This document shows positions 50,301 to 60,650 of a stretch of DNA of 64,000 nucleotides, piece by piece. How positions within the stretch are numbered: position 1 is the first letter of the stretch; each line of letters opens with the position of its first letter. The notes below the pieces were generated by a model. That model saw only the letters and a program-made list of their open reading frames with translations, made no database searches and was not told the origin of the DNA. Source of the stretch: an uncultured Actinomycetota bacterium (GTDB lineage: Bacteria > Actinomycetota > Actinomycetes > JAHEKZ01); assembly GCA_963718235.1 (NCBI GenBank), contig CAVQYR010000002.1, positions 32,001 to 96,000 of the forward strand. Reading direction: 5' to 3'. The position numbers were made by a program, and so were the translations under genes.

Positions 50301-51081
50301 GGCCATGACCGGCGACCGGACCGCGGGCCGCCACCTCGAGCGCTCACTGGAGATCTACCAGGAGCTGGGGGACCTCGCGGGACAGGCGACCTGCCTGACC
50401 AACCTCGGCGCGCTGGCGTACCTGCGTGGTGACTGGGAGCTGGCTGTCTCCAGCTACCGAGAAGGGCAGCTGGTCCAGCTGCGCTCGGGCGACGTGACCA
50501 GCGCAGCACTCGGCGCGGTGAACATCGGAGAGGTGCGAAGCGACCAGGGGCACTGGGAGCAGGCGATGGTCTCCTTGGACGAGGCGTTGGCGGTGTGGCG
50601 CTCGACCGGCCATCGGCATGGGGTCGCCTACGCGCAGGGCCTGCGCGGTCGGCTGCTGGCTCGCAGGGGCGCCTTCGATGCGGGGTGGGACGAGCTCGCG
50701 GCCGCCTCAGCGCTGCATCGAGAAGTCGGTGCTGAGGGCGACGCCGCCCAGGTGTCACTGTGGCTCGCCGAGTGCCATCTGCTGGCCGGTGAACCCGAGA
50801 CGGCGTTGCGGCTGCTCGATGACGGAGCCGACGACGAGTCGGTGGCGGCTGCTCGGCTGCGTGCGACCGCCACGTGGCTGGCCGGGCCGGTGACCGGCGG
50901 CGTCGCAGCGTTGCACGCGGCCTACCGACGGTCGGTCGATGAGGCGGAGGCGTACGAAAGGGTCTGCCTCGCCGAGGTCCTGGCTGCCGCCGATTCCGGC
51001 GCCGAGGCCCTTGCCCACGAGGTCGCGCCGTTGCGCACCGGTCTGGGCATCGTTCGGCTCGCCGTCCTGCCGGGCCGCTGA
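47308..51081 (+). CDS. Dual class III nucleotidyl cyclase + STAND P-loop ATPase + TPR protein
   Basis: FADLSGFT, FGGDA, GDTVNLAARLM; VGRDAEL, GEPGIGKT, VEDTHWLD, GNPLFLREL, FTHALLRDAAY; TPR-like C-terminus. Confidence 0.9.
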   Translation: MRVMADSGGRVLPYVPRLTLEWLAQRPQDAHTLIAGTVIFADLSGFTAMAERLASLGREGAERLTEVIDETFATLLAGVYAEGGRLLAFGGDAMVLMFVGDDHVSRGCRAAVGLRRTLRQVGRHETPRGAVQLRISIGVHTGEFAAFLVGSSHRQLLLAGPGITSVVDAEHAAHTGEIVVTEGTASALPSRCVGPVVAGGYRLSRAPSGAGAFAIDQAPPGAADLAGRAVPTAIRDHLLDPSTTAEHRVVTMAFLQVRGTDTAVAKGLPEAADALAAVVTCVQEACERFGVTFLGADVDHDAVKVLLVAGAPVSRGDDEERMLLALRDVVEARLPLPVRAGVHRGNVFVGDVGPSYRRTFTAMGDTVNLAARLMARADDGTILATHDVVDRSRVTFALTDVEPFVAKGKRALVHAVSVGEATEAVAASSRAPVLVGRDAELVTLLSAWEEARAGRGRAVEIVGEPGIGKTALLDVLVDRASAAAWLRTRGDLYSASSPYRAARELLLTALGVDSRSLDPTELMAGVAQLVSRSAPALTAWLPLLADVVGGSVETTPEVAALSDERRRDRLHEVVTEVVDAAIPGAALLTVEDTHWLDDASSALLAHLVQASRVRPWLVVTTRRDLVTGYVQATGAGEVVIPRPLDDAAAALLATGDDDAVPLPPVVMARLTRQAAGNPLFLRELVAAARDHADVDELPDTLDALLTVRLDRLGARDRDLVRRAAVLGPRFREVDLGLVAGEQTTVPGASSWGRLGEFVVRVDDEHLAFTHALLRDAAYAALPFRLRRELHGRVADAWSTTSERGDDAVLSYHFFAAGRWAEAWNTARVAGEAAVAAYAPVEAAALLDRALQAARLLHGEVAWAERAEVSLLLARAHAVSGSFDAAERAYAGVTAGSDDPLLKARSLVQQAWLAERQSRLRLGVRRARAAQRLLTTVADDSSGRRECLAAALTAEGMCWEVMGRHDRAADALRQAVDEAEAVGDQRTVAHAGSILDGCLAMTGDRTAGRHLERSLEIYQELGDLAGQATCLTNLGALAYLRGDWELAVSSYREGQLVQLRSGDVTSAALGAVNIGEVRSDQGHWEQAMVSLDEALAVWRSTGHRHGVAYAQGLRGRLLARRGAFDAGWDELAAASALHREVGAEGDAAQVSLWLAECHLLAGEPETALRLLDDGADDESVAAARLRATATWLAGPVTGGVAALHAAYRRSVDEAEAYERVCLAEVLAAADSGAEALAHEVAPLRTGLGIVRLAVLPGR

Positions 51082-51095
51082 GTCGACGTCGCTGA

Positions 51096-54000
51096 CTACC
51101 CCTTGAAGCCACCGAGCTTGGGGTCGTTGTAGGTGCCGAGGACCAGCAGGCGCAGGTCGCCCTTGACCGCAGCGTTCCTGCTCCAGAGGTACTTGACCGA
51201 GCGGATGCAGGGGAACACGGTGCTGGCCTTCAGCGTCCGTGGGCACCAGTACGCCCGCTTCAACGTCGAGGGACTCGAGTCCTTGGTGTAGTAGACCTTC
51301 ACCGTCTTGGGGCTCACCCCGACGACCGTCGACTTGTCATAGGTGATCGAGTACCTCAACGGGTGGCGGTAGTCGTAGTACGACGCGCTCGGTGGGACGT
51401 ACTGGATCACCGTGGAGTTGATCGGTGGGGACGTGGGGGTCGGGACGCCCCCAGTGCCGGTCCGACCGGTGACGCAGAACGGTGGGGCGCACAGCTGCTC
51501 GTCGACCAGGACGGTCCCTCCCGGCCCACCGGGCGGTACGGCAAGGGCCGCTGCGGTCGTGTCGCCGGGTGTGGCGACCGGCACGACCTCGCCGCCCACG
51601 GTGACGACCGGTGCGGTGGCCACGGTCTGGGTCTGGTTGCTCGGTGGCACGTACTCGGTGACGGTGCCCGGCGTTGCCGGGTCGATGGTGGTGAACTGGG
51701 TGGCACTGTCGTTGTTGGGGTTCGGGTCGTTCGACGTCGTGGTCACAGACCCTTCGACGAGTGTCGTCGTCGGCGAGTCGATGGTGCCGTCCGTGTCGAG
51801 CACCACCGCGATGTCGGCAGAGCCGTTGTTCGCAAGGTCACCGAGTGGGCACAGTACGACCCCGCCGGTGAGGGTGCAGGCGACCGGCCCGCCCGAGCCG
51901 GTCGCAGAGCCGGAGACGAAGGTCGTGCCGAACGGCAGGCTCGACGAGGAGTCACCGTTGAGCTGGAACACCACGTCGGTCGCCGTGCCCGGCCCTGCGT
52001 TGACCACCGTGGCGGAGTACAGCACCCGTCCGCCCGCCGTCACCGGGTCCGGGGTGTCGGTGAACGAGGAGACGCGAACGTCGGCGCTCGTAGCCCCTTG
52101 CACGGTGATGTCGATGGTTGCCGGCGACGAGTCGACCTGGCCGTCGTTCGTCGTGAAGGTGAACGAGTCCGGTCCGGAGTACCCCTCGTCGGGGGTGTAC
52201 CGCCACGTCTGAGTGCACGTCGATGGAGTTGTCTCAGAGCAGGAGATCGCGGACTGGCTGCTCAGCACCCCGTGCTGCGGCTGGAGCGGCGCAAAGGTCA
52301 GCGCGTCGCCGTCGGGGTCGGTGCCCGAGAGGTCGAAGTCCACGCTGTTGTTCTGCGCGACGGTCACACCGCCGGAGTTGGCCGTCGGCGGCTGGTTGGC
52401 TACGGGGACGACGTCGATGTCCACGGTGGCTGCGTCGGAGGTGGCGTACCCGTCGTTGGTGGTCACGGTGAACGAGTCCGGTCCCGAGTAGCCGGGGTCG
52501 GGGGTGTAGTTCACGACGATGGTGCACGTCGTGACCTGGCTGCAGTCGGCGGTTCCGCCGACGAGCCCGGTCAGTGTGCCGTGAGCCGGCGCCTGTGGCG
52601 TCAGGAAGACGAGTGCGTTGCCGTCCACGTCCGAGCCGGACAATGTGATGTCGACGCTGCCACCCTGGTTGACGGTCGCACTTGTCGGGTCGGCCGTCGG
52701 TGGCTGGTTGGACACCGAGATCGGTCCGGTGGCGAGGGTGTTGTTCCCCGCGTCGGTGTCGTAGGCGTTGGATCCCCCGCGGGCTGCGATGTTGATCGAC
52801 GGTGGGGTGTTGGTTGACGTCTGCAGGATGATCGATGTGGTTGCTGTCGCCTGGGACGGCAGGAAGCCGGCCGGGCAGCTGACGATGCCGCCCGACTCGC
52901 TGCACGCGACCGTTCCGCTGTCGGTGGTCACTGAGCCGGAGACGAACGTCGTACCCGCGGGCAGGACGCTTCCGCCGTTCGCGAAGAACCGGACGACAGT
53001 GTTGGGCGCGTCGCTCGGACCCTGGTTCTTGAGCACGGCAACAACCTCGAAGTTGCTACCTGTCGATATGGCAGGCGAGCTGGTGCTCACCGACTGCATG
53101 ACGAGATCGGCGTTCTCGACGTCCATGGAGATCGTTGCGGGGCTGGACGTCAGCGAGCCGTCGCTGACCGTGAAGGTGAACGAGTCAGGACCGACGTAGC
53201 CGTTGTCGGGTGTGTACAAGACATCGGCAGTGCATTCGTTCAGCGCTGTGCAGTCAGGGGTTCCAGGCGTTCCGAGGCTCCCATGGCTCGGTGTGCTCGC
53301 TGCGAAGCTCAGGTCGTCGTCATTGACGTCGGTCCCGTGCAGCGTGACGACGAACGGTTGCGCCGCAACCACGCCGAGAGTCTGGCCGGCAGCGACGGGT
53401 GCTTGGTTCGTCAGCGGTTGCACGTGGATGGTCACGAGCTGCGCTGCAGAGGTGGTGGTCCCGTCGTTCACGGTGAATTGGAAGTCGTCGTCGCCGACGA
53501 AGCCGTTGGTTGGCGTGTAGGTGGTGCTCGCCCGGCAGAGTCCACCTGGGTCACAGGTCACCTGGCCGATCTGGACCTGCCCGAAGTCTGGGGCCGTGGT
53601 GACCGCGAAGTCGAGCTGGTCCTCGTCCCAGTCTCCACCGAACAGGTCAAAAGTGACTGGCTGGTCAACCGTGGTCGTGGGGTCGGTGGGGGTGGGGTCG
53701 GCGAACGGCTCCCACTGGACGGTGACATCGACGGTTGCTGGCGCTGAGGTCGCGGCGCCGTCGCTGACCGTGTACGTGAATGAATCAGGGCCGCCGAACC
53801 CGTAGACTGCGGATCGGGTGTAGGTCACCGAGGCGGTACAGGTACCGGCCGGGGAGCACTGCGTGTCGGTGATCCCGGACAGCGACCCGAACTCGGGGGG
53901 GGTATCGATCGCGAAGGTCAGGTTGTCGCCATCTGCATCGGTGCCGGCGAGCGTGACCTGGGTCACCGCGAGCGCCGCCCAGGGGTCGCCCTGCACGGTG

Positions 54001-55500
54001 GTCGATACGGCCTCCGCGACTGGTGTCGAGTTGCCGCCATCGCCAACGACGACACACGGTGAGCGCTCGGTCGTGATGCCGAACTCGGGCGACACACTCG
54101 CCGTGAGCGTCAACCCGGCGGTCAACGTGGAAGGCAAGCTGACCTGGCCTGAGAAGTCACCGTTCTGGTCAAGGGTGATGTACGCGTCGCCGGGCGCCAT
54201 CTCCAAGCCGGACTGGGCACCGAAGCAGCTCGGTCCGCCGTAGAGGTCCAAGCGGGCATTCATTGGTCCGGCCGGACCGTCGTACGAGATGCCCACTACG
54301 TCGGTGCCTTCATCGGCCGAGGTGATCATCGGCGGGCCGTCGGGAGGGGCGTTGAGACCTCCCGGCCCGGTATCGATGGCGAGCCCACCGTTGTTGTAGA
54401 TGATGTTGTTGAAGTCGAGATCAAGACTGTCGTTGACGGCTCCGGTGGCCCGAATGCCGGGGCCACCGTTGTTGTAGATCTGGTTGTAGGAGACATCGCC
54501 CCCAATGCCGAGCGTGCCACCGTTGAGGGTGACGCCGTTACCTCCGCCGCTCGAGATGTTGTTCTGCTGAACAACCAGGCCGGTCACCGTGCCCGCGACC
54601 GTTCTCACCTGTACTCCTCCGGCCCCGCGTCCGGGCCAGCCACCGATGCCGTTGCTGACGATGCGGACGTCGTTGCCACCGTTCAGTGCGATGCCACTAC
54701 TGCCACCCGCGGGGCCGACGATCGTGTTGTTGGTGACGAGCACACTCGTCACGTCCGTCATGTCCACGCTCGTGTTCACGGGCAGCGGGGTGACTCTCGT
54801 CGCGGGAAAGGCCGATCGTGTTGCAGGAGATCTCCACGTTGAGGGCCCCGGGGAGAACTGCAACTCCAGACGCGGCGTTGGCGATCAGGTTGTTGTTCAC
54901 CGTGACGCCGGCGGCCGCCCGGACCTGCACGCCCGAGTTCAGCTGCGGCCCGGCGATGTTCATCCCGGCTAGATCGACTCCGAACTGTGACTGAGCGATG
55001 AGCGCGTTGGCCGTTCCATCAAGCACGTCGACGCCAGTTCCGAACCCGTCCGATCCGCTCCCGGCGACGGAGAGTCCGGTGAGGGTGACGTTGTCACTGG
55101 CAATGGTGAACAGGGCTGAAGCGCCGAACGCTCCACCGCTGAGGATCTGCACCTGGGGGTTGCCCGGCGACCATCCGGGGATTGCTGTCGCGTCGATGGT
55201 CAGCTGATCGGTGATCGGGGGGAGGACCTGGACCCCGTTGACTGCGCTGGTCATGGTGATCGTGTACGGGGGAGGGCCCAAGGCTTCGGGCTCGAACCGG
55301 ATCAGGTCTGCGCCTGGGCTGGCATTGGTATCGAGGATGACCTGTCGTAGGGACCCGGGTCCGCTGTCGTCGGTCGTCGTCACCAGGAAAGTGGCGGCGT
55401 TCGCGGTGCCTGGTACGGCGACCACGAGGCCGGCGGCGGTGCAGGCCGCGGCAAGCAGTGCGACGACATGGCGGCGGTGGGTGTGACGATGACGGCCCAT
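51096..55500 (-). CDS. Giant secreted surface protein (beta-helix, 5 Ig/cadherin-like repeats, 2 DUF11-like domains); frameshift near 54795
   Basis: Signal peptide, VTTTDDSGPGSLRQ, beta-helix N/G ladders, repeated GTDxDGD...YTP...GPDSFTFTVxDG, VKNQGPSDA/VVNAGPGTA DUF11-type motifs; two ORFs join at ESH-PLPVNT. Confidence 0.8.
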
Positions 55501-55645
55501 GAGGGCCTCCCCGTTTGACTCGAGCGGCGAAGCGCGCAGATGTCACGGTGGAACCTACGCCGGTTTCACTCTGCTGTCCCCCGGGTTCACCAGATGTCCG
55601 TTTCGCGTTGTTTCGCGCCGTCGTTGAGGCGGTAGCGTCCGGATC

Positions 55646-56508
55646 ATGACTGATGCCGCCCGCTGGGGTACGCCGGACATGTACTCGACGCTACGCACCG
55701 TGCTCGTGCGGACACCGACGATCACCGGGGAGTTCGTCAGCGAGGGGCACTGGCGCGAGCCGGACCTGCGCTCTGCTGCCCCAGCAGCATGCCGAGTTCG
55801 CCGAGCTCCTGCGCTCGTTGGGGGCCGAGGTCATCGTCGACCGACCCGGTCGACGGGCTGGTCGACGCCGTCTACACCCACGACCCGATGACGATGACGC
55901 CGCACGGCGCTCTGCTCTACCAGATGCGCAAGCCGGTACGTGCGCCCGAACCCGCGGTGATGCGCGCCGACCTCGAGCGCCTCGGCGTCCCGATCGTCGG
56001 CGAGCTGACCGGCGACGCCTACAGCGACGGCGGTGACAAGGTGTGGCTCGACGAGCACACCCTCGTAGTGGGCCGTGGCTACCGCACCACTGCTGCTGCG
56101 ATCGAGCAGATGCGGGCGATCCTCGAGCCGTTCGGTGTGAACGTCGTACGGGTCGACCTCCCGCACTTCCTCGGCCCGGATGCCGTGCTGCACCTGATGA
56201 GCGTCATCTCCCCGCTCGACCACGACCTGGCCGTCGTCTACGAGCCGCTGGCTCCCGTGTCACTGCTGGAGCTGCTCGACGAGCGCGGCATCGCCCGGAT
56301 CACCGTCGAGGAGGACGAGTTCTGGACCCAGGGCGCAAACATCCTCGCGGTCGGGCCGCGGCGGGTCGTGCTGGCGGCCGGCAACGACAAGGTGCACAAG
56401 AAGCTGGACGCCGCCGGCGTCGAGGTGCACGTGTTCGACGGCAGTGAGGTCGCGGTCAAGGGTGACGGCGGACCGACCTGCCTGACCCAGCCGCTGTGGC
56501 GGGCATGA
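55646..56508 (+). CDS. Amidinotransferase/dimethylargininase (pentein) family; frameshifts near 55770 and 55842
   Basis: DAVYTHDP, DGGD, GYRT, LHLMS, KGDGGPTCLTQPL; N-terminus recoverable across three frames. Confidence 0.8.
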
Positions 56509-57809
56509 CTGCGGAGCCCTCAGCTCTGCTGTCGGTCGACGAACGACGGGCGCTGGCCGCGCTCGAGGCGCTGATCGGCGACGACGCCCACACGGCCATG
56601 CTCGCGGACCTCATCGCCATCCCGTCGGTCACGGGCACGCCGGCGGAGACCGAGGCCCAGCACTGGGCGGCCCGTCGCTGTGAGCACCTCGGCCTCGAGG
56701 TCGACCTGTGGCGGATGGATGTCGACGATCTGCGAGCGGCGGAGGGATTCCCCGGCACCGAGGCACCGCGCGACGAGGCGTGGGGCATGGTCGCTGTGAC
56801 CCCGACGCCCACCGAAGCAGCCGACCAGCCGCTGCTCGTGCTGCAGGGCCACCTCGACGTCGTTCCTCCTGGTGACGTCGAGGCGTGGGGCGGGCACGAC
56901 CCCTTCGACCCGCGCGTCGTCGACGGGGTGCTGCACGGCCGCGGTGCGTGCGACATGAAGGCCGGCGTCGTGGCGAACCTGCTCGCCGTCGAAGCGCTGA
57001 GTCGCAGTGGGGTGACGCTGCCGTGCCGGCTCGCCGTCCAGACCGTCGTGAGTGAGGAGGACGGCGGACTGGGCGCGTTCGGCACGCTGGCCCGCGGTCA
57101 CCGCGGCGATGCCTGCCTGATCACCGAGCCGACGTCGCGGACCATCATCACCGCCAACGGCGGTGCGCTGACGTTCACGCTGACCGTGCACGGTGCCGCC
57201 ACGCACGGAAGCACCCGGTACGAGGGAGTCAGCGCGATCGAGAAGTTCCAGCTGGTGCACGACGCCTTGCGCGACCTCGAGACCGAGCGCAACGCCGAGG
57301 TCGGACCACTCATGTCCGAGTACCCGATCGCCTACCCGCTCATGGTCGGCCGGGTCAGTGCCGGGGACTGGTCGAGCACCGTTCCTGACCTGTTGGTGGC
57401 CGAGGGACGGTACGGCGTTCGCCTCGACGAGACCCCGCAGCAGGCTCGTGAGGTGTTCGAGCAGCGGGTAGCGGCCGTCTGCACCGATGACCCCTGGCTG
57501 GCCGAGCACCCGGTGCGGGTCGAGTGGAGCGGCGGCCAGTTCGCCCCTGGGGCGTTCCCCGCCACCCACCCGTTCGCCGGGCAGGTGGCCGACGCGTACA
57601 CCGACGTCACCGGTCGAACTCGACCCCGGCAGCGCGGAGCCCCCTACGGCAGCGACCTGCGCCTGTACAACGCGGCGGGAGTGCCCACGCTGCACCTCGG
57701 GCCCGGGGAGGTGCGCCACGCTCACGCGCCGACCGAGCAGGTGCGCCTCGACGAGCTCGCCGACATTGCCCGGGCGCTGGTGGTGATCGCCCTGCGGTTT
57801 CGCTCCTAG
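56505..57809 (+). CDS. ArgE/DapE (M20) family deacylase
   Basis: QGHLDVVP, GRGACDMKAG, VSEEDGG, ITEPT, AHAPTE. Confidence 0.9.
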   Translation: MTAEPSALLSVDERRALAALEALIGDDAHTAMLADLIAIPSVTGTPAETEAQHWAARRCEHLGLEVDLWRMDVDDLRAAEGFPGTEAPRDEAWGMVAVTPTPTEAADQPLLVLQGHLDVVPPGDVEAWGGHDPFDPRVVDGVLHGRGACDMKAGVVANLLAVEALSRSGVTLPCRLAVQTVVSEEDGGLGAFGTLARGHRGDACLITEPTSRTIITANGGALTFTLTVHGAATHGSTRYEGVSAIEKFQLVHDALRDLETERNAEVGPLMSEYPIAYPLMVGRVSAGDWSSTVPDLLVAEGRYGVRLDETPQQAREVFEQRVAAVCTDDPWLAEHPVRVEWSGGQFAPGAFPATHPFAGQVADAYTDVTGRTRPRQRGAPYGSDLRLYNAAGVPTLHLGPGEVRHAHAPTEQVRLDELADIARALVVIALRFRS

Positions 57810-57818
57810 ACTCGCGGC

Positions 57819-59174
57819 GTGCATGAGTACACCGAGGACACCGAGCGCCTCGCCCAACAGGTCATCGACTACGCCCGCGACCGGCTCCGGCTCAACCCGG
57901 TGCCGCTGGACGGACCGCAGCCCTTCGAGGTCCTCGACGAGGTGGTGGGCGAGACGATCACGGCCGACGGCCTCGGTGGCGACCGCGTCCTGAAGATCTT
58001 CGAGAACGTCCTGGCCCCGGCGTGCATCTCGGTCGACAACCCGCGCTACCTGTCGTTCATCCCAGCGGCGCCCACCGAGGCCGCGACCCTGTTCGACGTC
58101 GTGGTCGGCGCGTCGTCGATCTACGGCGGCTCGTGGCTGGAGGGCGCCGGCGCGATCTACGCCGAGAACCAAGCGCTGCGCTGGATCTCCGACCTCGCCG
58201 GTCTTCCCGTGGGCGCTGGTGGGACGTTCGTGCAGGGTGGCACGATCGGCAACCTGTCGGCGTTGGTGACGGCTCGGCACACCAAGCAGCTGCAGCGCGA
58301 AGGGCGGCCGGACCGCTGGGTGCTCGTGTGCTCCGCCGAGGCGCACTCGTCGATGCAGCACGCGGCAAGGGTCATGGACATCGACATCCGCACCGTCCCG
58401 GTCAACGACCAGGGCAAGATGACCGGCGAGGCGCTGGCCGCCGTCCTCGACGAGCACGGCACGGACGACGTGTTCGCCGTGGTGGCGACGAGCGGCACCA
58501 CCAACTACGGCATCGTCGACGACCTGCAGGGCGTAGCCGAGCAGTGCCAGAAGCGCGGACTGTGGTTCCACGTGGACGGCGCGTACGGCGGCGCAGGACT
58601 GTGTGCCCCCAGTGTGCGCTCGCTCTTCGACGGCATCGAGCACGCCGACTCGTTCATCGTCGACCCGCACAAGTGGTTCTTCGGCCCCTTCGACGCCTGC
58701 GCCCTGATCTACCGCAACCCCGAGCTCGGCCGTGCCGCGCACACCCAGCACGCCGGGTACCTCGATGCGATCAACACCCGTGGCGAGTGGAACCCCAGCG
58801 ACTACGCGGTGCAGCTGTCGCGTCGCGCACGCGGCCTGCCGTTCTGGTTCTCGTTGGCGACGCACGGCACCGACGCCTACACCGAGGCGGTCGAGCACAC
58901 GCTGAGCGTGGCGAGGTTCGCTGCCGACGAGGTGCGCAAGCGAGACTACGTCGAGCTCGTCCGTGAGCCCGAGCTCTCGGTGGTGGTGTTCCGCCGGCTG
59001 GGCTGGACCCCGGAGCAGTACACCGCCTGGTCGGAACGACTGCTTGCGGCCAACTTCGCCTTCGTCCTGCCGACCACGACGTCGTCCGGGGAGACGGTGA
59101 CCCGGTTCGCGATCGTGAACCCGCGGACCTCGGCGGCCGACATCCAGCTGATCCTCGACACCATGGCCGGCTGA
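57819..59174 (+). CDS. Group II PLP-dependent amino-acid decarboxylase
   Basis: GGTIGN, AHSS, GTTNYG..DDL, HVDGAYGG, VDPHKW. Confidence 0.9.
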   Translation: MHEYTEDTERLAQQVIDYARDRLRLNPVPLDGPQPFEVLDEVVGETITADGLGGDRVLKIFENVLAPACISVDNPRYLSFIPAAPTEAATLFDVVVGASSIYGGSWLEGAGAIYAENQALRWISDLAGLPVGAGGTFVQGGTIGNLSALVTARHTKQLQREGRPDRWVLVCSAEAHSSMQHAARVMDIDIRTVPVNDQGKMTGEALAAVLDEHGTDDVFAVVATSGTTNYGIVDDLQGVAEQCQKRGLWFHVDGAYGGAGLCAPSVRSLFDGIEHADSFIVDPHKWFFGPFDACALIYRNPELGRAAHTQHAGYLDAINTRGEWNPSDYAVQLSRRARGLPFWFSLATHGTDAYTEAVEHTLSVARFAADEVRKRDYVELVREPELSVVVFRRLGWTPEQYTAWSERLLAANFAFVLPTTTSSGETVTRFAIVNPRTSAADIQLILDTMAG

Positions 59175-59231
59175 CCCGCCCCGGCCCCGCCCCGCCCGTC
59201 TCCGCCCTGCCTGCGCTACCGCCACCGACGT

Positions 59232-59297
59232 CCAAGTTGATCTTGGACTTGATGTCACACCTCAACCGTTTCGGCCGACATCTTCTCCATGATCAAC
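59232..59297. repeat. Dispersed imperfect palindrome (REP-like), copy 2
   Basis: First 24 and last 19 nt identical to 9112-9177. Confidence 0.85.
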
Positions 59298-59381
59298 TTT
59301 GGGTAGGGGTGGCGGACGTAGTGGACGGCGGTCCCCCCGCCCGGGTCAAGGACGGGGTGGCCTGGTGCCGACAACCAGCGG

Positions 59382-60500
59382 GTGAACCTGCTCCGGCGCT
59401 GGCCCGCCCTGCTGAGCACCGCAGCGCTCGTTGCGGCGCTCGCCGTACCCACGGTCGCGGCCGCGGACAACGGCCGCGCCTCGTCCGGCCCACAGCCGTA
59501 CGCGCCGCGGGCCCAGGCGCCCACCCTTCCGGTCCCCCCGCCCGGCTCCTGGTACCACGGCGTCTACCCCGGCGGGGTAACCGGGGAGGAGGACGACATC
59601 ACTGCGGCCGACGTGGCCTCCTACGAGGCTGCGGCACGGCATCAGGTGGCGTGGGTCTTCTTCTCCAACAACTGGTACCGGTCACGGCAGTTCCCGCTCA
59701 GCAAGGCGACCTGGATCCGTGACCGGGGGTCGGTGCCCTACGTCCGGCTCATGCTGCGGGCGAGCAGCAACGAGCGTCGGCGCAACGACGCCAGCCCAGA
59801 CCGGACGTTCTCGCTGCACCGGATCATCCGAGGCGACTTCGACGCCGACCTGCGTCGCTGGGCCGACGCTGCCCACGCGTTCGGGACGCCGGTCCTCGCC
59901 GAGTACGGCACCGAGATGAACGGGTTCTGGTTCGGCTGGAACGCCACGCACAACGGCGTCCAGGACGGGGCCAAGCGGTTCCAACTCGCCTACCGACACA
60001 TCATCGCGACCATCCGGGCGCGCGGGGCGGACAACGTGTCCTGGGTGTTCCACGTGAACAACGACGACCAGCCGGCCAGGCCCTGGAACCGACTCGAGCG
60101 CTACTACCCCGGCGACCGGTACATCGACTGGCTGGCCACCTCGGTCTACGGGGCGCTGACCCCGCAAGAGCACTGGAACGAGCCGTTCGCCCGCGGGATG
60201 GACCGGGTCTACCCGCGCCTGCGGCGCCTGGCCGACAAGCCGATCCTGGTCTCGGAGCTCGGCGTGACCAAGAACAACTCACGGGTCGACCCGCTGCGCT
60301 GGGCCGACCAGGCCTTCGATCAGCTGCTCAGTGACCGCTGGCCACGGGTCCGGGGCTTCTCATGGTGGAACGAGACCTGGCAGAACGACGACGTCGCCGC
60401 CCACGACTCGAACCTGCGGATCCAGGACATCCCCGGTCTGCCGCAGGTGTTCAGCTCGGCGTTGGCCGACCCGCGTGTGCTCACCCGACCACTGACGTGA
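59382..60500 (+). CDS. Secreted GH26-like glycoside hydrolase
   Basis: Signal peptide, GDFDADLRRWA, TEMNGFW acid/base, YYPGDRYIDW, ILVSELG nucleophile. Confidence 0.8.
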   Translation: MNLLRRWPALLSTAALVAALAVPTVAAADNGRASSGPQPYAPRAQAPTLPVPPPGSWYHGVYPGGVTGEEDDITAADVASYEAAARHQVAWVFFSNNWYRSRQFPLSKATWIRDRGSVPYVRLMLRASSNERRRNDASPDRTFSLHRIIRGDFDADLRRWADAAHAFGTPVLAEYGTEMNGFWFGWNATHNGVQDGAKRFQLAYRHIIATIRARGADNVSWVFHVNNDDQPARPWNRLERYYPGDRYIDWLATSVYGALTPQEHWNEPFARGMDRVYPRLRRLADKPILVSELGVTKNNSRVDPLRWADQAFDQLLSDRWPRVRGFSWWNETWQNDDVAAHDSNLRIQDIPGLPQVFSSALADPRVLTRPLT

Positions 60501-60507
60501 CCGCCAA

Positions 60508-60552
60508 GTGAGGGCAAGTGGTTGGTCCCCCGTTCCAACCACTTGCCCTCAC
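60508..60552. terminator. Long hairpin between convergent genes (terminator and/or REP-like)
   Basis: 18-bp perfect arms GTGAGGGCAAGTGGTTGG/CCAACCACTTGCCCTCAC. Confidence 0.7.
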
Positions 60553-60650
60553 CGGTGAGCCGCGCCGCCTGATCGGCTCGGCTCACTCCGCTCCACCCGG
60601 CGCTCGGTGCCCATCGGTGACGCGCGGTTGGCCGGAACGGCTGCCTGGGA

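Noticed and set aside
38240-55500. Integrative island at tRNA-Thr
   Set aside because: No integrase, and I could not find a duplicated tRNA 3' end (attR) in the window.
2240-55850. Frameshifts near 2250, 4610, 4910, 10225, 54795, 55770 and 55842 as programmed recoding or pseudogenisation
   Set aside because: Scattered small indels in unrelated genes with intact catalytic motifs and no slippery sites; long-read error is simpler. Needs read-level confirmation.
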